Positions 35,471 to 48,800 of a DNA stretch of 64,000 nucleotides are shown one piece after another (position 1 is the first letter of the stretch; the number at the start of each line of letters is the position of its first letter). The notes under the pieces were generated by a model. The model saw only the letters and a program-made list of their open reading frames with translations. It was not told the DNA's origin and did not search any database. This stretch comes from Macrostomum hystrix. Its lineage: Eukaryota; Animalia; Platyhelminthes. The translations under genes were made by a program, and so were the position numbers. Location of the stretch: positions 434,001 through 498,000 of the forward strand of contig CATNEN010000037.1 in NCBI GenBank assembly GCA_950097015.1, given 5' to 3'.

Positions 35471-38400
35471 CAGGAATCGCAGTAGCAGAAGCTGTAGCTA
35501 GAATCGCAGCAGGAATTCCAGCAGAAGCGGTATCTAGAATCGCAGCAGGATCAGTATCTAGAATCGCAGCAGGATCAGTATCTAGAATCGCAGCAGGATC
35601 AGTATCTAGAATCGCAGCAGAATCTGTATCTAGAATCGCAGCAGAATCTGTATCTAGAATCGCAGCAGAAGCTGTATCTAGAATCGCAGCAGAATCTGTA
35701 TCTAGAATCGCAGCAGAAGCGGTATCTAGAATCGCAGCAGAATCTGTATCTAGAATCGCAGCAGAAGCTGTATCTAGAATCGCAGCAGAAGCTGTATCTA
35801 GAATCGCAGCAGAATCTGTATCTAGAATCGCAGCAGAATCTGTATCTAGAATCGCAGCAGAATCTGTATCTAGAATCGCAGCAGAATCTGTATCTAGAAT
35901 CGCAGCAGAATCTGTATCTAGAATCGCAGCAGAAGCTGTATCTAGAATCGCAGCAAGATCAGTATCTAGAATCGCAGCAGAAGCTGTATCTAGAATCGCA
36001 GCAGAAGCTGTATCTAGAATCGCAGCAGAAGCTGTATCTAGAATCGCAGCAGAAGCGGTATCTAGAATCGCAGCAGAAGCGGTATCTGGAATCGCAGCAG
36101 AAGCGGTATCTGGAATCGCAGCAGAATCTGTATCTAGAATCGCAGCAGAATCTGTATCTAGAATCGCAGCAGAAGCGGTATCTGGAATCGCAGCAGAAGC
36201 GGTATCTGGAATCGCAGCAGAATCTGTATCTAGAATCGCAGCAGAATCTGTATCTAGAATCGCAGCAGAAGCGGTATCTGGAATCGCAGCAGAAGCGGTA
36301 TCTAGAATCGCAGCAGAAGCTGTATCTAGAATCGCAGCAGAAGCTGTATCTAGAATCGCAGCAGAAGCTGTATCTAGAATCGCAGCAGAAGCTGTATCTA
36401 GAATCGCAGCAGAAGCTGTATCTAGAATCGCAGCAGAAGCGGTATCTAGAATCGCAGCAGAAGCGGTATCTAGAATCGCAGCAGAAGCGGTATCTGGAAT
36501 CGCAGCAGAAGCTGTATCTAGAATCGCAGCAGAAGCTGTATCTAGAATCGCAGCAGAATCTGTATCTAGAATCGCAGCAGAAGCTGTATCTAGAATCGCA
36601 GCAGGATCAGTATCTAGAATCGCAGCAGAAGCTGTATCTAGAATCGCAGCAGAAGCTGTATCTAGAATCGCAGCAGAAGCTGTATCTAGAATCGCAGCAG
36701 AAGCTGTATCTAGAATCGCAGCAGGATCAGTATCTAGAATCGCAGCAGGATCAGTATCTAGAATCGCAGCAGAAGCTGTATCTAGAATCGCAGCAGAATC
36801 TGTATCTAGAATCGCAGCAGAAGCTGTATCTAGAATCGCAGCAAGATCAGTATCTAGAATCGCAGCAGAAGCTGTATCTAGAATCGCAGCAGAAGCTGTA
36901 TCTAGAATCGCAGCAGAAGCGGTATCTGGAATCGCAGCAGAAGCGGTATCTGGAATCGCAGCAGAATCTGTATCTAGAATCGCAGCAGAATCTGTATCTA
37001 GAATCGCAGCAGAATCTGTATCTAGAATCGCAGCAGAAGCTGTATCTAGAATCGCAGCAGAAGCTGTATCTAGAATCGCAGCAGAAGCTGTATCTAGAAT
37101 CGCAGCAGAATCTGTATCTAGAATCGCAGCAGAAGCTGTATCTAGAATCGCAGCAGGATCAGTATCTAGAATCGCAGCAGAAGCTGTATCTAGAATCGCA
37201 GCAGAAGCTGTATCTAGAATCGCAGCAGAAGCGGTATCTAGAATCGCAGCAGAAGCTGTATCTAGAATCGCAGCAGAAGCTGTATCTAGAATCGCAGCAG
37301 AAGCTGTATCTAGAATCGCAGCAGAAGCTGTATCTAGAATCGCAGCAGGATCAGTATCTAGAATCGCAGCAGAAGCTGTATCTAGAATCGCAGCAGAAGC
37401 TGTATCTAGAATCGCAGCAGAATCTGTATCTAGAATCGCAGCAGAAGCTGTATCTAGAATCGCAGCAGGATCAGTAGCTAGAATCGCAGCAGGATTAGTA
37501 GCTAGAATCGCAGCAGGATCAGTAGCTAGAATCGCAGCAGGAACTCCACCTAGAATCGCAGCAGGATCAGTAGCTAGAATCGCAGCAGGATCAGTAGCTA
37601 GAATCGCAGCAGGAACTCCACCTAGAATCGCAGCAGGATCAGTAGCTAGAATCGCAGCAGGATCAGTAGCTAGAATCGCAGCAGGAACTTCAGCTAGAAC
37701 TTCAGCAGGAACAGGATCAGTAGCTAGAATCGCAGCAGGATCAGTAGATGAATCGCAGCAGGATCAGTAGCTAGAATCGCAGCAGGAACTCCAGCTAGAA
37801 TCGCAGCAGGATCAGTAGCTAGAATCGCAGCAGGAACTCCAGCTAGAACCCCGCAGCAGGATCAGTAGCTGGAATCGCAGCAGGAACTCCAGCTAGAATC
37901 GCAGCAGGAACTCCAGCTAGAATTGCAGCAGGATCAGTATCTAGAATCGCAGCAGAAGCTGTATCTATAATCGCAGCAGAAGCTGCATCTAGAATCGCAG
38001 CAGGATCAGTATCTAGAATCGCAGCAGAAGCGGTATCTAGAATCGCAGCAGAAGCGGTATCTAGAATCGCAGCAGAAGTTGTATCTAGAATCGCAGCAGA
38101 AGCTGTAGCTAGAATCGCAGTAGGAACTCCAGCTAGAATCGCAGCAGGATCAGTAGCTAGAATCGCAGCAGGAACTCCAGCTAGAACCCCGCAGCAGGAT
38201 CAGTAGCTGGAATCGCAGCAGGAACTCCAGCTAGAATCGCAGCAGGAACTCCAGCTAGAATCGCAGCAGGATCAGTAGCTAGTATCGCAGCAGGAACTCC
38301 AGCTAGAATCGCAGCAGGATCAGTAGCTAGAATCGCAGCAGGAACTCCATCTAGAATCGCAGCAGGATCAGTAGCTAGAATGGCAGCAGGATCAGTAGCT

Positions 38401-40253
38401 AGAATAGCAGCAGGAACTCCAGCTAGAACCCCGCAGCAGGATCAGTAGCTGGAATCGCAGCAGGAACTCCAGCTAGAATCGCAGCAGGAACTCCACCTAG
38501 AATCGCAGCAGGATCAGCAGCTAGAATAGCAGCAGGAACTCCAGCTAGAACCCCGCAGCAGGATCAGTAGCTGGAATCGCAGCAGGAACTCCAGCTAGAA
38601 TCGCAGCAGGAACTCCAGCTAGAATCGCAGCAGGATCAGTAGCTAGAATCGCAGCAGGATCAGTAGCTAGAATCGCAGCAGGAACTTCAGCTAGAACTTC
38701 AGCAGGAACAGGATCAGTAGCTAGAATCGCAGCAGGATCAGTAGATGAATCGCAGCAGGATCAGTAGCTAGAATCGCAGCAGGATCAGTAGCTAGAATCG
38801 CAGCAGGAACTCCAGCTAGAATCGCAGCAGGATTAGTAGCTAGAATCGCAGCAGGATTAGTAGCTGGAATCGCAGCAGGAACTTCAGCTAGAATCGCAGC
38901 AGGATCAGTAGCTAGAATCGCAGCAGGATCAGTAGCTAGAATCGCAGCAGGATCAGTAGCTGAAATCGCAGCAGGATCAGTAGCTAGAATCGCAGCAGGA
39001 ACTCCAGCTAGAATCGCAGCAGGAACTCCTGCTAGAATCGCAGCAGGATCAGTAGCTAGAATCGCAGTAGGATCAGTAGCTGAAATCGCAGCAGGATCAG
39101 TAGCTAGAATGGCAGCAGGATTAGTAGCTGGAATCGCAGCAGGAGCTCCAGCTAGAATCGCAGCAGGATCAGTAGCTAGAATAGCAGCAGGAACTCCAGC
39201 TAGAACCCCGCAGCAGGATCAGTAGCTGGAATCGCAGCAGGAACTCCAGCTAGAATCGCAGCAGGAACTCCACCTAGAATCGCAGCAGGATCAGTAGCTA
39301 GAATAGCAGCAGGAACTCCAGCTAGAACCCCGCAGCAGGATCAGTAGCTGGAATCGCAGCAGGAACTCCAGCTAGAATCGCAGCAGGAACTCCACCTAGA
39401 ATCGCAGCAGGATCAGTAGCTAGAATCGCAGCAGGATCAGTAGCTAGAATCGCAGCAGGAACTTCAGCTAGAACTTCAGCAGGAACAGGATCAGTAGCTA
39501 GAATCGCAGCAGGATCAGTAGATGAATCGCAGCAGGATCAGTAGCTAGAATCGCAGCAGGATCAGTAGCTAGAATCGCAGCAGGAACTTCAGCTAGAGTC
39601 GCAGCAGGATCAGTAGCTAGAATCGCAGCAGGAACTCCAGCTAGAATCGCAGCAGGATTAGTAGCTAGAATCGCAGCAGGATTAGTAGCTGGAATCGCAG
39701 CAGGAACTTCAGCTAGAATCGCAGCAGGATCAGTAGCTAGAATCGCAGCAGGAACTCCAGCTAGAATCGCAGCAGGATTAGTAGCTAGAATCGCAGCAGG
39801 ATTAGTAGCTGGAATCGCAGCAGGAACTTCAGCTAGAATCGCAGCAGGATCAGTAGCTAGAATCGCAGCAGGATCAGTAGCTAGAATCGAAACAGGATCA
39901 GTAGCTAGAATCGCAGCAGGATCAGTAGCTAGAATCGCAGCAGGATCAGTAGCTAGAATCGCAGCAGGAACTTCAGCTAGAGTCGCAGCAGGAACTCCAG
40001 CTAGAATCGCAGCAGGAACTCCTGCTAGAATCGCAGCAGGATCAGTAGCTAGAATCGCAGCAGGATCAGTAGCTGAAATCGCAGCAGGATCAGTAGCTAG
40101 AATCGCAGCAGGAACTCCAGCTAGAATCGCAGCAGGAACTCCTGCTAGAATCGCAGCAGGATCAGTAGCTAGAATCGCAGCAGGATCAGTAGCTGAAATC
40201 GCAGCAGGATCAGTAGCTAGAATCGCAGCAGGAACTCCAGCTAGAATCGCAGC
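35471..40253. repeat. ~4.8-kb satellite of 24-bp units
   Basis: GTATCTAGAATCGCAGCAGAAGCT (left domain) changing to GTAGCTAGAATCGCAGCAGGATCA / GGAACTCCAGCT variants (right domain). Confidence 0.97.
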
Positions 40254-40825
40254 ATGTGACCTTAAATTGTTAGCATGTCAGTTAAGATGATGCGGTTGTG
40301 AATATCGATAATTTAGGAAACTAATGCATATACAAAGACGTTTAAACCGAATTGAACATAAATATGAATATCAATCTACTTTAGTATCAATGCATCTGGA
40401 AGATGACACAGCCCTATTCAATAACACACTGACGGACGAATATCAATGGGGCCTTTGTTCTTGGCCAGTTGAGGCATCAAAGAGAATGGGGAATAATTAA
40501 TAACGAGATGAAAGATTTCCCGGCCTCTTTTTCGAGTCTTGATACGACGACCATTGAATCATTGGTATTCCCTTTCATCCTGGCATAAGCATGCCTCCCT
40601 ATCAATTACTAGTTAGACGCGATAGCTAAATTAATAGACAAAATCACCTGCTCTGGGATGCCCTGTACTGCCCAATTAAGTCTAGTGTCACCTCATCATC
40701 AGCAGGAGCTGCAGGTGATTTTGGCATCCTCTAATTAGGGGTCACCTGAACCTCACAAGGAGTCTAGTCTGTTATTTTTTCCGATAGTTGGATGATGCAG
40801 GTAGTTAATTGCTCACAAACTGGTC

Positions 40826-41345
40826 ATCTCACCTCAGAAACTGCTCTTCCCACCTCAAAAACTGCTCATCCCACCTCAGAAACTGCTCTTCCCACCTCAA
40901 AAACTGCTCATCCTACCTCAAAAACTGCTCATCCCACCTCAAAAACTGCTCATCCCACCTCAAAAACTGCTCATCCCACCTCAAAAACTGCTCATCCCAC
41001 CTCAAAAACTGCTCATCCCACCTCAGAAACTGCTCATCCCACCTCAAAAACTGCTCATCCCACCTCAAAAACTGCTCATCCTACCTCAAAAACTGCTCAT
41101 CCCACCTCAAAAACTGCTCATCCCACCTCAAAAACTGCTCATCCCACCTCAAAAACTGCTCATCCTACCTCAAAAACTGCTCATCCCACCTCAGAAACTG
41201 CTCATCCCACCTCAAAAACTGCTCATCCCACCTCAAAAACTGCTCATCCTTCCTCAAAAACTGCTCATCCCACCTCAGAAACTGCTCATCCCACCTCAAA
41301 AACTGCTCATCCCACCTCAAAAACTGCTCATCTTACCTCAAAAAC
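40826..41345. repeat. 21-bp minisatellite
   Basis: CCCACCTCAAAAACTGCTCAT, about 24 copies. Confidence 0.96.
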
Positions 41346-42856
41346 TGCTGTCAAAAACTGTTTATCCCACGTCAATATCAGTTTATCTCACGTCAAAATC
41401 AGTTTATCTCACGTCAAAATCAGTTTATCCCAACTCAAAAGTTTTTCCCTACTCAACAAGTTTATGCCACCTTAACAACAGTTTATTCCGTTGCAGCAGT
41501 TTAACTTAACTGTTTATCTTACCTCAAAAATTTAATCCCACCCCAAACTAACCCGAGAATTTGCGTCCCGGTTGACGTCAATCGCAGCCTGGAATTGACT
41601 CAAAGTAGCGGACAGTCTTAGACACCTCGTCACGCTATGACAAGCCCGAGGACACACCCAAAAGAAACGGCTTATTTGAGCAGGTGAGGAGACCAAAGGT
41701 GAAAGGTGGCACTGAGCAGAGAAATGATTTGCGTAATGCTTTGTTTTGTTTGTAGCGCTAGACGCTAAAATCTGTCTTTCCTCTGTCCTTAGTCCTTGGT
41801 GCTCTCTAATCCCCTCGTGTATCAATGCAGCTCTTAGTTTGGCAGCCGTTCAAAACGGCCGTAACTCGAGAGGCCACGGTGTTGAAGCCCATGCGAGCGG
41901 CTGCTAATCCACCTGTCCCTGCTGGGAGAGAGACTGGAGAAAGAAAGAAATTATTCCCGGCTGAGATCGAGAGTGAAGATGGGGAAGAAAATTTGGATGA
42001 GGAATATTGGCGAATCGTACTCCCCGCGTCTCTGGTCTGTTTAAGCTGCAACTGGGGTTTTCAGAGGAAAAGCTTATCCTACCAACATTTCCTATCCTGG
42101 TCCAGGTTGCTAGGCATTTATAACGCACTAAAAGACAGACGGACAGACAGACAGCAGCAGTGAAGCAGCAAAATAAAAAAGCTGAAGTTCTTTTAATTGA
42201 ATTGGATAAGCGTAATCCCATTAAATCGGCATTAAATTTACTACATTCTGCGAAACGAACGATTTGATCAAACAGCAGGTACCGTGAGCACTATAGGACG
42301 TGACTAACGATTATCTGAGTCCGTCAGTTGCTGATAAGACTGTGCTAGCAAAAGTCATTAGCTAGCTTTCGAGTGAGCATTCTCGAACTCGAAATTTGTT
42401 GCCTCACTGGATTCGGCACTACAGTACTGCCGCTGATCTTGTGTCCCCACCTCTCTCTCTGCTCCCCTGTAGCAGTGATTTCTCCATTCTCCCATTCCCT
42501 CGTCTCCAAGCCTCCACCCAGTACACCGTTGTCTCATTGGCTGTCAGCTTAAGCTTTCCTATTTACTAGTGACACGAGGCGGTCCTCATCTCCCCCACCT
42601 TCCCAGTTTTCCCATCCCCTAAGTCTCCATAAATCCGCCTCGGCTTCTCAACATAAAAATATCCCTTCTACCTCCGCGAGCATGCGTCCACCCCTCCCCT
42701 CTGAGAACTCTCCAGTGACTGAGGCGCATGATTCGCCAGCCTAATAATCTTTTTCGGAGCTGGGGGGCAAATATTGCTGTCAAAAAGTAAATTAAGATAC
42801 AAAGAATTCCTTTGAAGCCTGGGGCATGGCTCACCTGTGACTTCGCCGCTTATCTA

Positions 42857-45800
42857 ATGCCCAGAGTTTATCCCGCTGTTGAAGCCACAGCCAGCGGAGA
42901 AACATCCAGCGATACAGTTGTTATGCCATCACACTGGGCTGCCGCGACTTCGGCAACTTCAGCAACAGGAGCGATGAACAACGAATGTAAGAATTTTCCT
43001 ATAAACACATTGGATGGATTGCTAGACTATTCTCTCATTGATGAGTCAATAGGGTGGATTGCTAGACTATTCTCTCATTGATGAGTCGACAGGGTGGATT
43101 GCTAGACTATTCTCTCATTGATGAGTCAAGAGGGTGGATTGCTAGACTATTCTCTCATTGATGAGTCAAGAGGGTGGATTGCTAGACTATTCTCTCATTG
43201 ATGAGTCAAGAGGGTGGATTGCTAGACTATTCTCTCATTGATGAGTCGATAGGGTAGATTGCTAGACTATTCTCTCATTGATGAGTCAATAGGGTGGATT
43301 GCTAGACTATTCTCTCATTGATGAGTCAAGAGGGTGGATTGCTAGACTATTCTCTCATTGATGAGTCAAGAGGGTGGATTGCTAGACTATTCTCTCATTG
43401 ATGAGTCAAGAGGGTGGATTGCTAGACTATTCTCTCATTGATGAGTCAATAGGGTAGATTGCTAGACTATTCTCTCATTGATGAGTCAATAGGGTGGATT
43501 GCTAGACTATTCTCTCATTGTCTCCGCACTCACACAGCGGCATCGGCTGCTGGTCCCAGCACCTCCTCGGATCGTCGCGGCGGCAGGGACTCGCCCCCGT
43601 TGACCTTCAAGTCGGTGAGCAGCAACGCATCCGAGGAATTCAGGCCCAGTAGCCGTCTGCGCCGTCAGCAAGTCGCCACAGACGACGCAGCCAACGTCGA
43701 CAGCTTGGAGGCCAGACTCGAGCGAGTCAGCACTGTCGCGGGATTCCCATCGGCGAAGGTCAAGACCGCCGAGCATCCTGTGGAGAGCAACCTGCTTGGC
43801 CACTACTGTTCAACGGCCTTCAATGTCACTGTGTCGGCCATTTTGTCAGTCCCCGTTCTGCTGCTCTTTGGCCTCATAGCAGGGCTTGTCTGCGGCGTGC
43901 GACGGCTCCTGCAGGTGAGCTTTTAATTGCTTGTGTGACTTTCCGATAGACTAGCAATCCACTGCCTCACACATTGCATAGACTAGCAATCCACTGCCTC
44001 ACACACTTCATGGAATAGCAATCCACGCACCTTGGAAGATCTGGATAATAAAATTGCATAGACTAGCAATCCACTGTCTCACACACTGCATGGACTAGCA
44101 ATCCACACACTTAGAAAGATCTGGATTATAACATTGCATAGACTAGCCATGCACTGCCTCACACATTGAATAGGCTAGCAATCCACTGCCTCACACATTG
44201 AATAGACTAGCAATCCACTACCCCGCCCAACCGACAATAGGCCGCCTATCCGGGTCGAGTGTTTCTGAATCGCAACGAGCTGCTGTGGCTCCACCGTGGT
44301 ACGGGCTGCACCGCTTGTCACTCCGGGCAGCCGGCAGCTTCGTCCTCCTTGACCGCGGCTCCGGTCGGTTCGTCTGCATCGTCGTCAACTATTCCCGCCC
44401 AGCTTCCGGGTCAACCGGCGTTATCATCGTCGGGGCCGCCAGCTCCGGCTGTGCTGGTCCGCCTGGAGCTTCGGCCTGCCGGTCTGAGCCTGGCGGAGCT
44501 CCGTCAGGCGTTCACCGAGCGGCTGCTGACAGCCGCGCACCCGATCACTGGCAGGCCCCGTTATCCGCGCCTGTCCCAGCGACCAGTTAAAACAGGCCTC
44601 GGCCACGTCTGGTCGCCGCTGAACGGCTTGTTCCGCGTCGAGGATCAATTTCGCGAGATCGAGCCGCCGCTGCGCAGCCAGGAGGATCTGGATTATTACC
44701 TGGCTAGCCTGGCAGGTCGCGGGTTCGAAGCCGACCGGCCGCTCTGGGAGGTGCATTACCAGGCGGAGTTCCTCGACTTTGGCCTGTTGATCTACAGGCA
44801 GCATGCCTGCCTAGCTGACTGGAGCAGTGCCGTGGACATGCTGACTGACAGCCTGCTGCTGCCGGACAGGCAGGGCGAGCAGCAGCAGCAGCACCAGCAG
44901 TCCGAGACATTCGCCAATCGTCTATTTGGCCGCGACACCCTACGGAGCCTCCTGACTGCACCCGGTGTGCTATTGAGCGGCTTCCTGTTCAACCCAAGCG
45001 ACTACAACATGCTGCACTGCGGATCAAAGAGGCGACAACAGCAACAGCAGCAGCAACAGCAGCAACAACAAGTACGATCTAATCGACAGCGGAGACTTAT
45101 ACAGGTGAGCGATGCACTTTAATAAATGAGTAGCGAGTGAGATTTCCAGGAATCCAATAATCAAAATCTCTGATTCTTATTTCCCGCCTCAATCACGTTT
45201 CGATTGTAAGTTTTTTCACGGTTTTTCTTCCGACTAGCTAGTGCCTTCTTACCTGCTCTCTGGCCCTTCTATGGTATACGAGCGTACAACTACGATCGTT
45301 AGTTGTGTTAGTTTTGTTAGACTTTTTTCTTTTAGCTTGTATAGTGTGCATGCCCTGTATTCCATATCCATTTTTCCTAATTACCACTATTCCCAACATG
45401 TACATGTATAAATTGAGAGCTCGTAAGACTTTTACAAAGTCTTATACTTTGTACTGTTTATACGTCGTCCTTTAGTCCTTTATCTGGAGGGTGAGTGGCA
45501 GAGCAGTTAACGCGTCTGCCTCTCGCACCAATATCCCTGAGCTCGATTCCGCGGTGAGGCCGAGATAAGGCTTGGTGGCTTGTCGTGCAATTTACGCCCT
45601 TGAGGGCCAACCTCCAAGGCACTGTGAGAGTGTACACCCCCTGATGATGAGAATGTCAGGGCAGATGTACACACCTGTGTGAGCGTGTGCCTGTGTACTG
45701 TATCTGTGTGCGCATCCGTGGCACATATTTGGTGACACTAGACCTGCAGCCAGCGAGGAGGCAATTCTGCCCATTCCGCTGACTCCTGAGCACTCGCTCG

Positions 45801-48800
45801 CACAGGTGTGAACATCTGCCCTGACTTTCTCATCGACAGGCATTGTACACTTTCTCTGTGCCTTGGGAGTTGGCCCTCAAGGGCGTAAATTGCACGACAA
45901 GCCACCAAAGCCTTCTCTCCGCGGCTGCGCCCCAAATGAATGTGGCCTCGCCGTGGAATCGAACTTAGGGACCCTGGTGCGAGAGGCAAACGCGATAACC
46001 GCTCTGCCACCGACCCCCTATCTATGTTCCTTATCTGCATCACTTTTTAATCATTACCTATATCTTACGTCTTATTTTAGCAGGCCTTAATATGACCTGT
46101 TTTTGTGCAAGTGTCAAGCAATTCAAAATGTCATTTCAATTCTAGATGTGCCTTCTCAATCTCAATCTCGGAGCATAACATCAATCAAAATTTCAGAACA
46201 AGCTTAGGGGTGAGAACAAGAATATAAAAGTTTTCGCAACTCGGATTAAAAATTATTCAAGTCGCTAAGCTATTTAAGCAAGACAGTGAAATACAAAACT
46301 TTAATGGTGGGACCAAATCGGATTTCATGGGTTTATTTTGGCAATTTTCTTGATTTTTACCTTTTGCGAGCAACTGCTTTCGATGCGGATCTAATGAGTA
46401 GCTTCCTAGTAAGAGATCTTGAGCAGTCCCAGAGTAGACTCTGAGCAAAGTTAAGTAGTCCCTGAGAAGACTTTGAGCACAGTGTTGAGTAGTCCCTAAG
46501 TCGAATTTGAGCTCAGTTGAGTAGTCCCTAAGTCGAATTTGAGCTCAGTTGAGTAGTCCCTGAGTCGAATTTGAGCTCAGTTGAGTAGTCCCTGAGTCGA
46601 ATTTGAGCTCAGTTGAGTAGTCCCTGAGTCGAATTTGAGCTCAGTTGAGTAGTCCCTGAGTCGAATTTGAGCTCAGTTGAGTAGTCCCTGAGTCGAATTT
46701 GAGCTCAGTTGAGTAGTCACTGAGTAGATTTTGAGCAAAGTTAAGTAGTCCCTGAGATGACTTTAAGCACCGAATTGATTATTCGATGACTAGACTCTGA
46801 GCACAGTTGAGAAGTACTTGAGTAGCCTTCGAGTTTGTTCAGACGAGTCAGTATCAATGATGCTCTAAAAACTGATTATTATAAAATCTCAAATGACATA
46901 ATGACGGCAAAATCAATTTGAAACTAGTTCTTAGTATTTTAAGCTCTCTTATGCTTTTTTGTTAACCCGCCTTTTCATTGATCCCTTTGCTGATGCACTT
47001 TAGCGGCTAAAAAAGTTCCCATTTTCCTGTAGGCAACTCATCTTATCGCATTTAATTTGACTTCTTCTTTGAGATGCACACTTAGCATGCTTTTACGATA
47101 TGTTAATCCGAAAAGGTGTGTTTCGCCTTGTATGCCATTTTTTCATCAAAAGTACAAGCTCAGGACGCGCGGAGTGTTATACCTGGAGCAGTGTGAGACC
47201 ATACTCAACCGCACCCATTGCAGGAGACAGTGCCGCTAGCTGGCCTGGAGCGAGTAAAGCAGATCACCAAGAACACCTACCACGAGCTGTTTCTCACTCT
47301 GCTAGCCGGTGCACTGCGCTCCTACCAGCAGCTCCGGGGCGTGCCCAGACCCTTCGACTGTCGGGCAGTTTTCCCCATAGACATCGGCGGCAAGAAGCAC
47401 GCCAAGGCGGGCCTGGGCAGTCGCTACGTGCTGGAGAGCCTCGACCTGCCAGTCAGCATCGAGGGTGTCATTCCGCGACTATGGCAGCTGCGTCGTCGGC
47501 TGGAAAAGTTCAAAGCCAGCGGCCGCTGCCGGGCCGTTGACCTGGTGAATCGAACCCTCGCCGGCTGCCTGCCGTCTCTCCTGGCCGGGAGGGCCGTCCG
47601 GGCTGGCGCCAGCCGATCAACCTGTCTAGCCGCCAGTCTCCGCGGTCCGGACGGTCCGCAGCGGCTTCAGGCGGGCAGCCGGCCCCGATTGGCCAGCCTG
47701 GCTTGCTGGATGCCGCCGCCGCAGTCTGTCGGACTGTCCGTAGCGTTTGTCACCTGGGCCGGGCAGCTGTCTGTGTGTCTGTGGACAGAGGAGACTGTCT
47801 CGCACGCCGATTTCATCATGCATTGTTTAATGGGAGAGGTAAGTGGCAGATAGAATCTATAGACCACGTGTCAGCAACCTCCTGCCGCGGCCTTGAAGCT
47901 CCAAAGTCCATCCGATGGCCAATTCCAACACCCACTCTCCCCTGTCTCAACTCTCCCGTCTCATCTCTACCCTGTCTTATCTCTACCCTGTCTCATCTCT
48001 ACTCTGTCTCATCTCTCCCGTCTCATCTCTACCCTGTCTCATCGCTCCCCTGTCTCATCTCTACCCTGTCTCATCTCTACCCTGTCTCATCTCTCCCCTG
48101 TCTCATCTCTCCCCTGTCTCATCTCTCCCCTGTCTCATCTCTCCCGTGTCTCATGTCTCCCGTGTCTAAAATCTCGCCTATCTCTTATCTCTTCGGTCTC
48201 ATATCTTCACCGCCAATCTCCTAATCATAGTTAAGTAAACACTGACCAGTCTTCAGTATTGAAGTACAACGAAAACTTTTCTCTCCTAACTCGAAAACAT
48301 CGTGACTCTAATAATGTACTTTTACACATCCCCTTTGGTCGCTAGAGTCTTTGCGATTTGATTTGGCCAAATTAGGCGGAAAGATTTTTGCCAAAGCTAC
48401 TCGCCAGCTGAGGCTTACAGAAATGTGCCCCCCATCGCGTGGATGAGATCTGCTCACACATTTAGGAATTGTTGTTCCCCTTTCTCACGAAATCGACAAA
48501 CGAATGGATGACAGACAGACTGCGGGTACTGTGTGAAGATTAAGAAACGTTGATCTCCCAGCAGTCACCGCTGCTCAACGACTTGAGCAGTAGAGGGGAA
48601 ATTGTTTTCCTACCCATGCACTCCCTCTTTCCTATAATGATTTTCTGTGAGAACAAGGCAAAAATCAGAAGGAAGCAATTAGAGTTTGCAGCAGCCCTAT
48701 ATTTAGCGGTTTAAAACATGTCTCGGCTAGGCCACCTGCATGCGGATATTTTCGCTGCAATAATTCCAAGCAACTCCTATTGTTGCAGCTGCAGCAGCTG

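Noticed and set aside
35401-37770. 789-aa (AAEAVSRI)n ORF as a CDS
   Set aside because: A unit length divisible by three explains the open frame; no non-repetitive domain. Kept only as a low-interest finding.
43019-43520. Hammerhead ribozyme or CRISPR array resemblance (TGATGAGTC; 40-bp period)
   Set aside because: Core reads TTGATGA, not CTGATGA, and has no GAAA partner; no unique spacers, no cas genes, eukaryotic intron.
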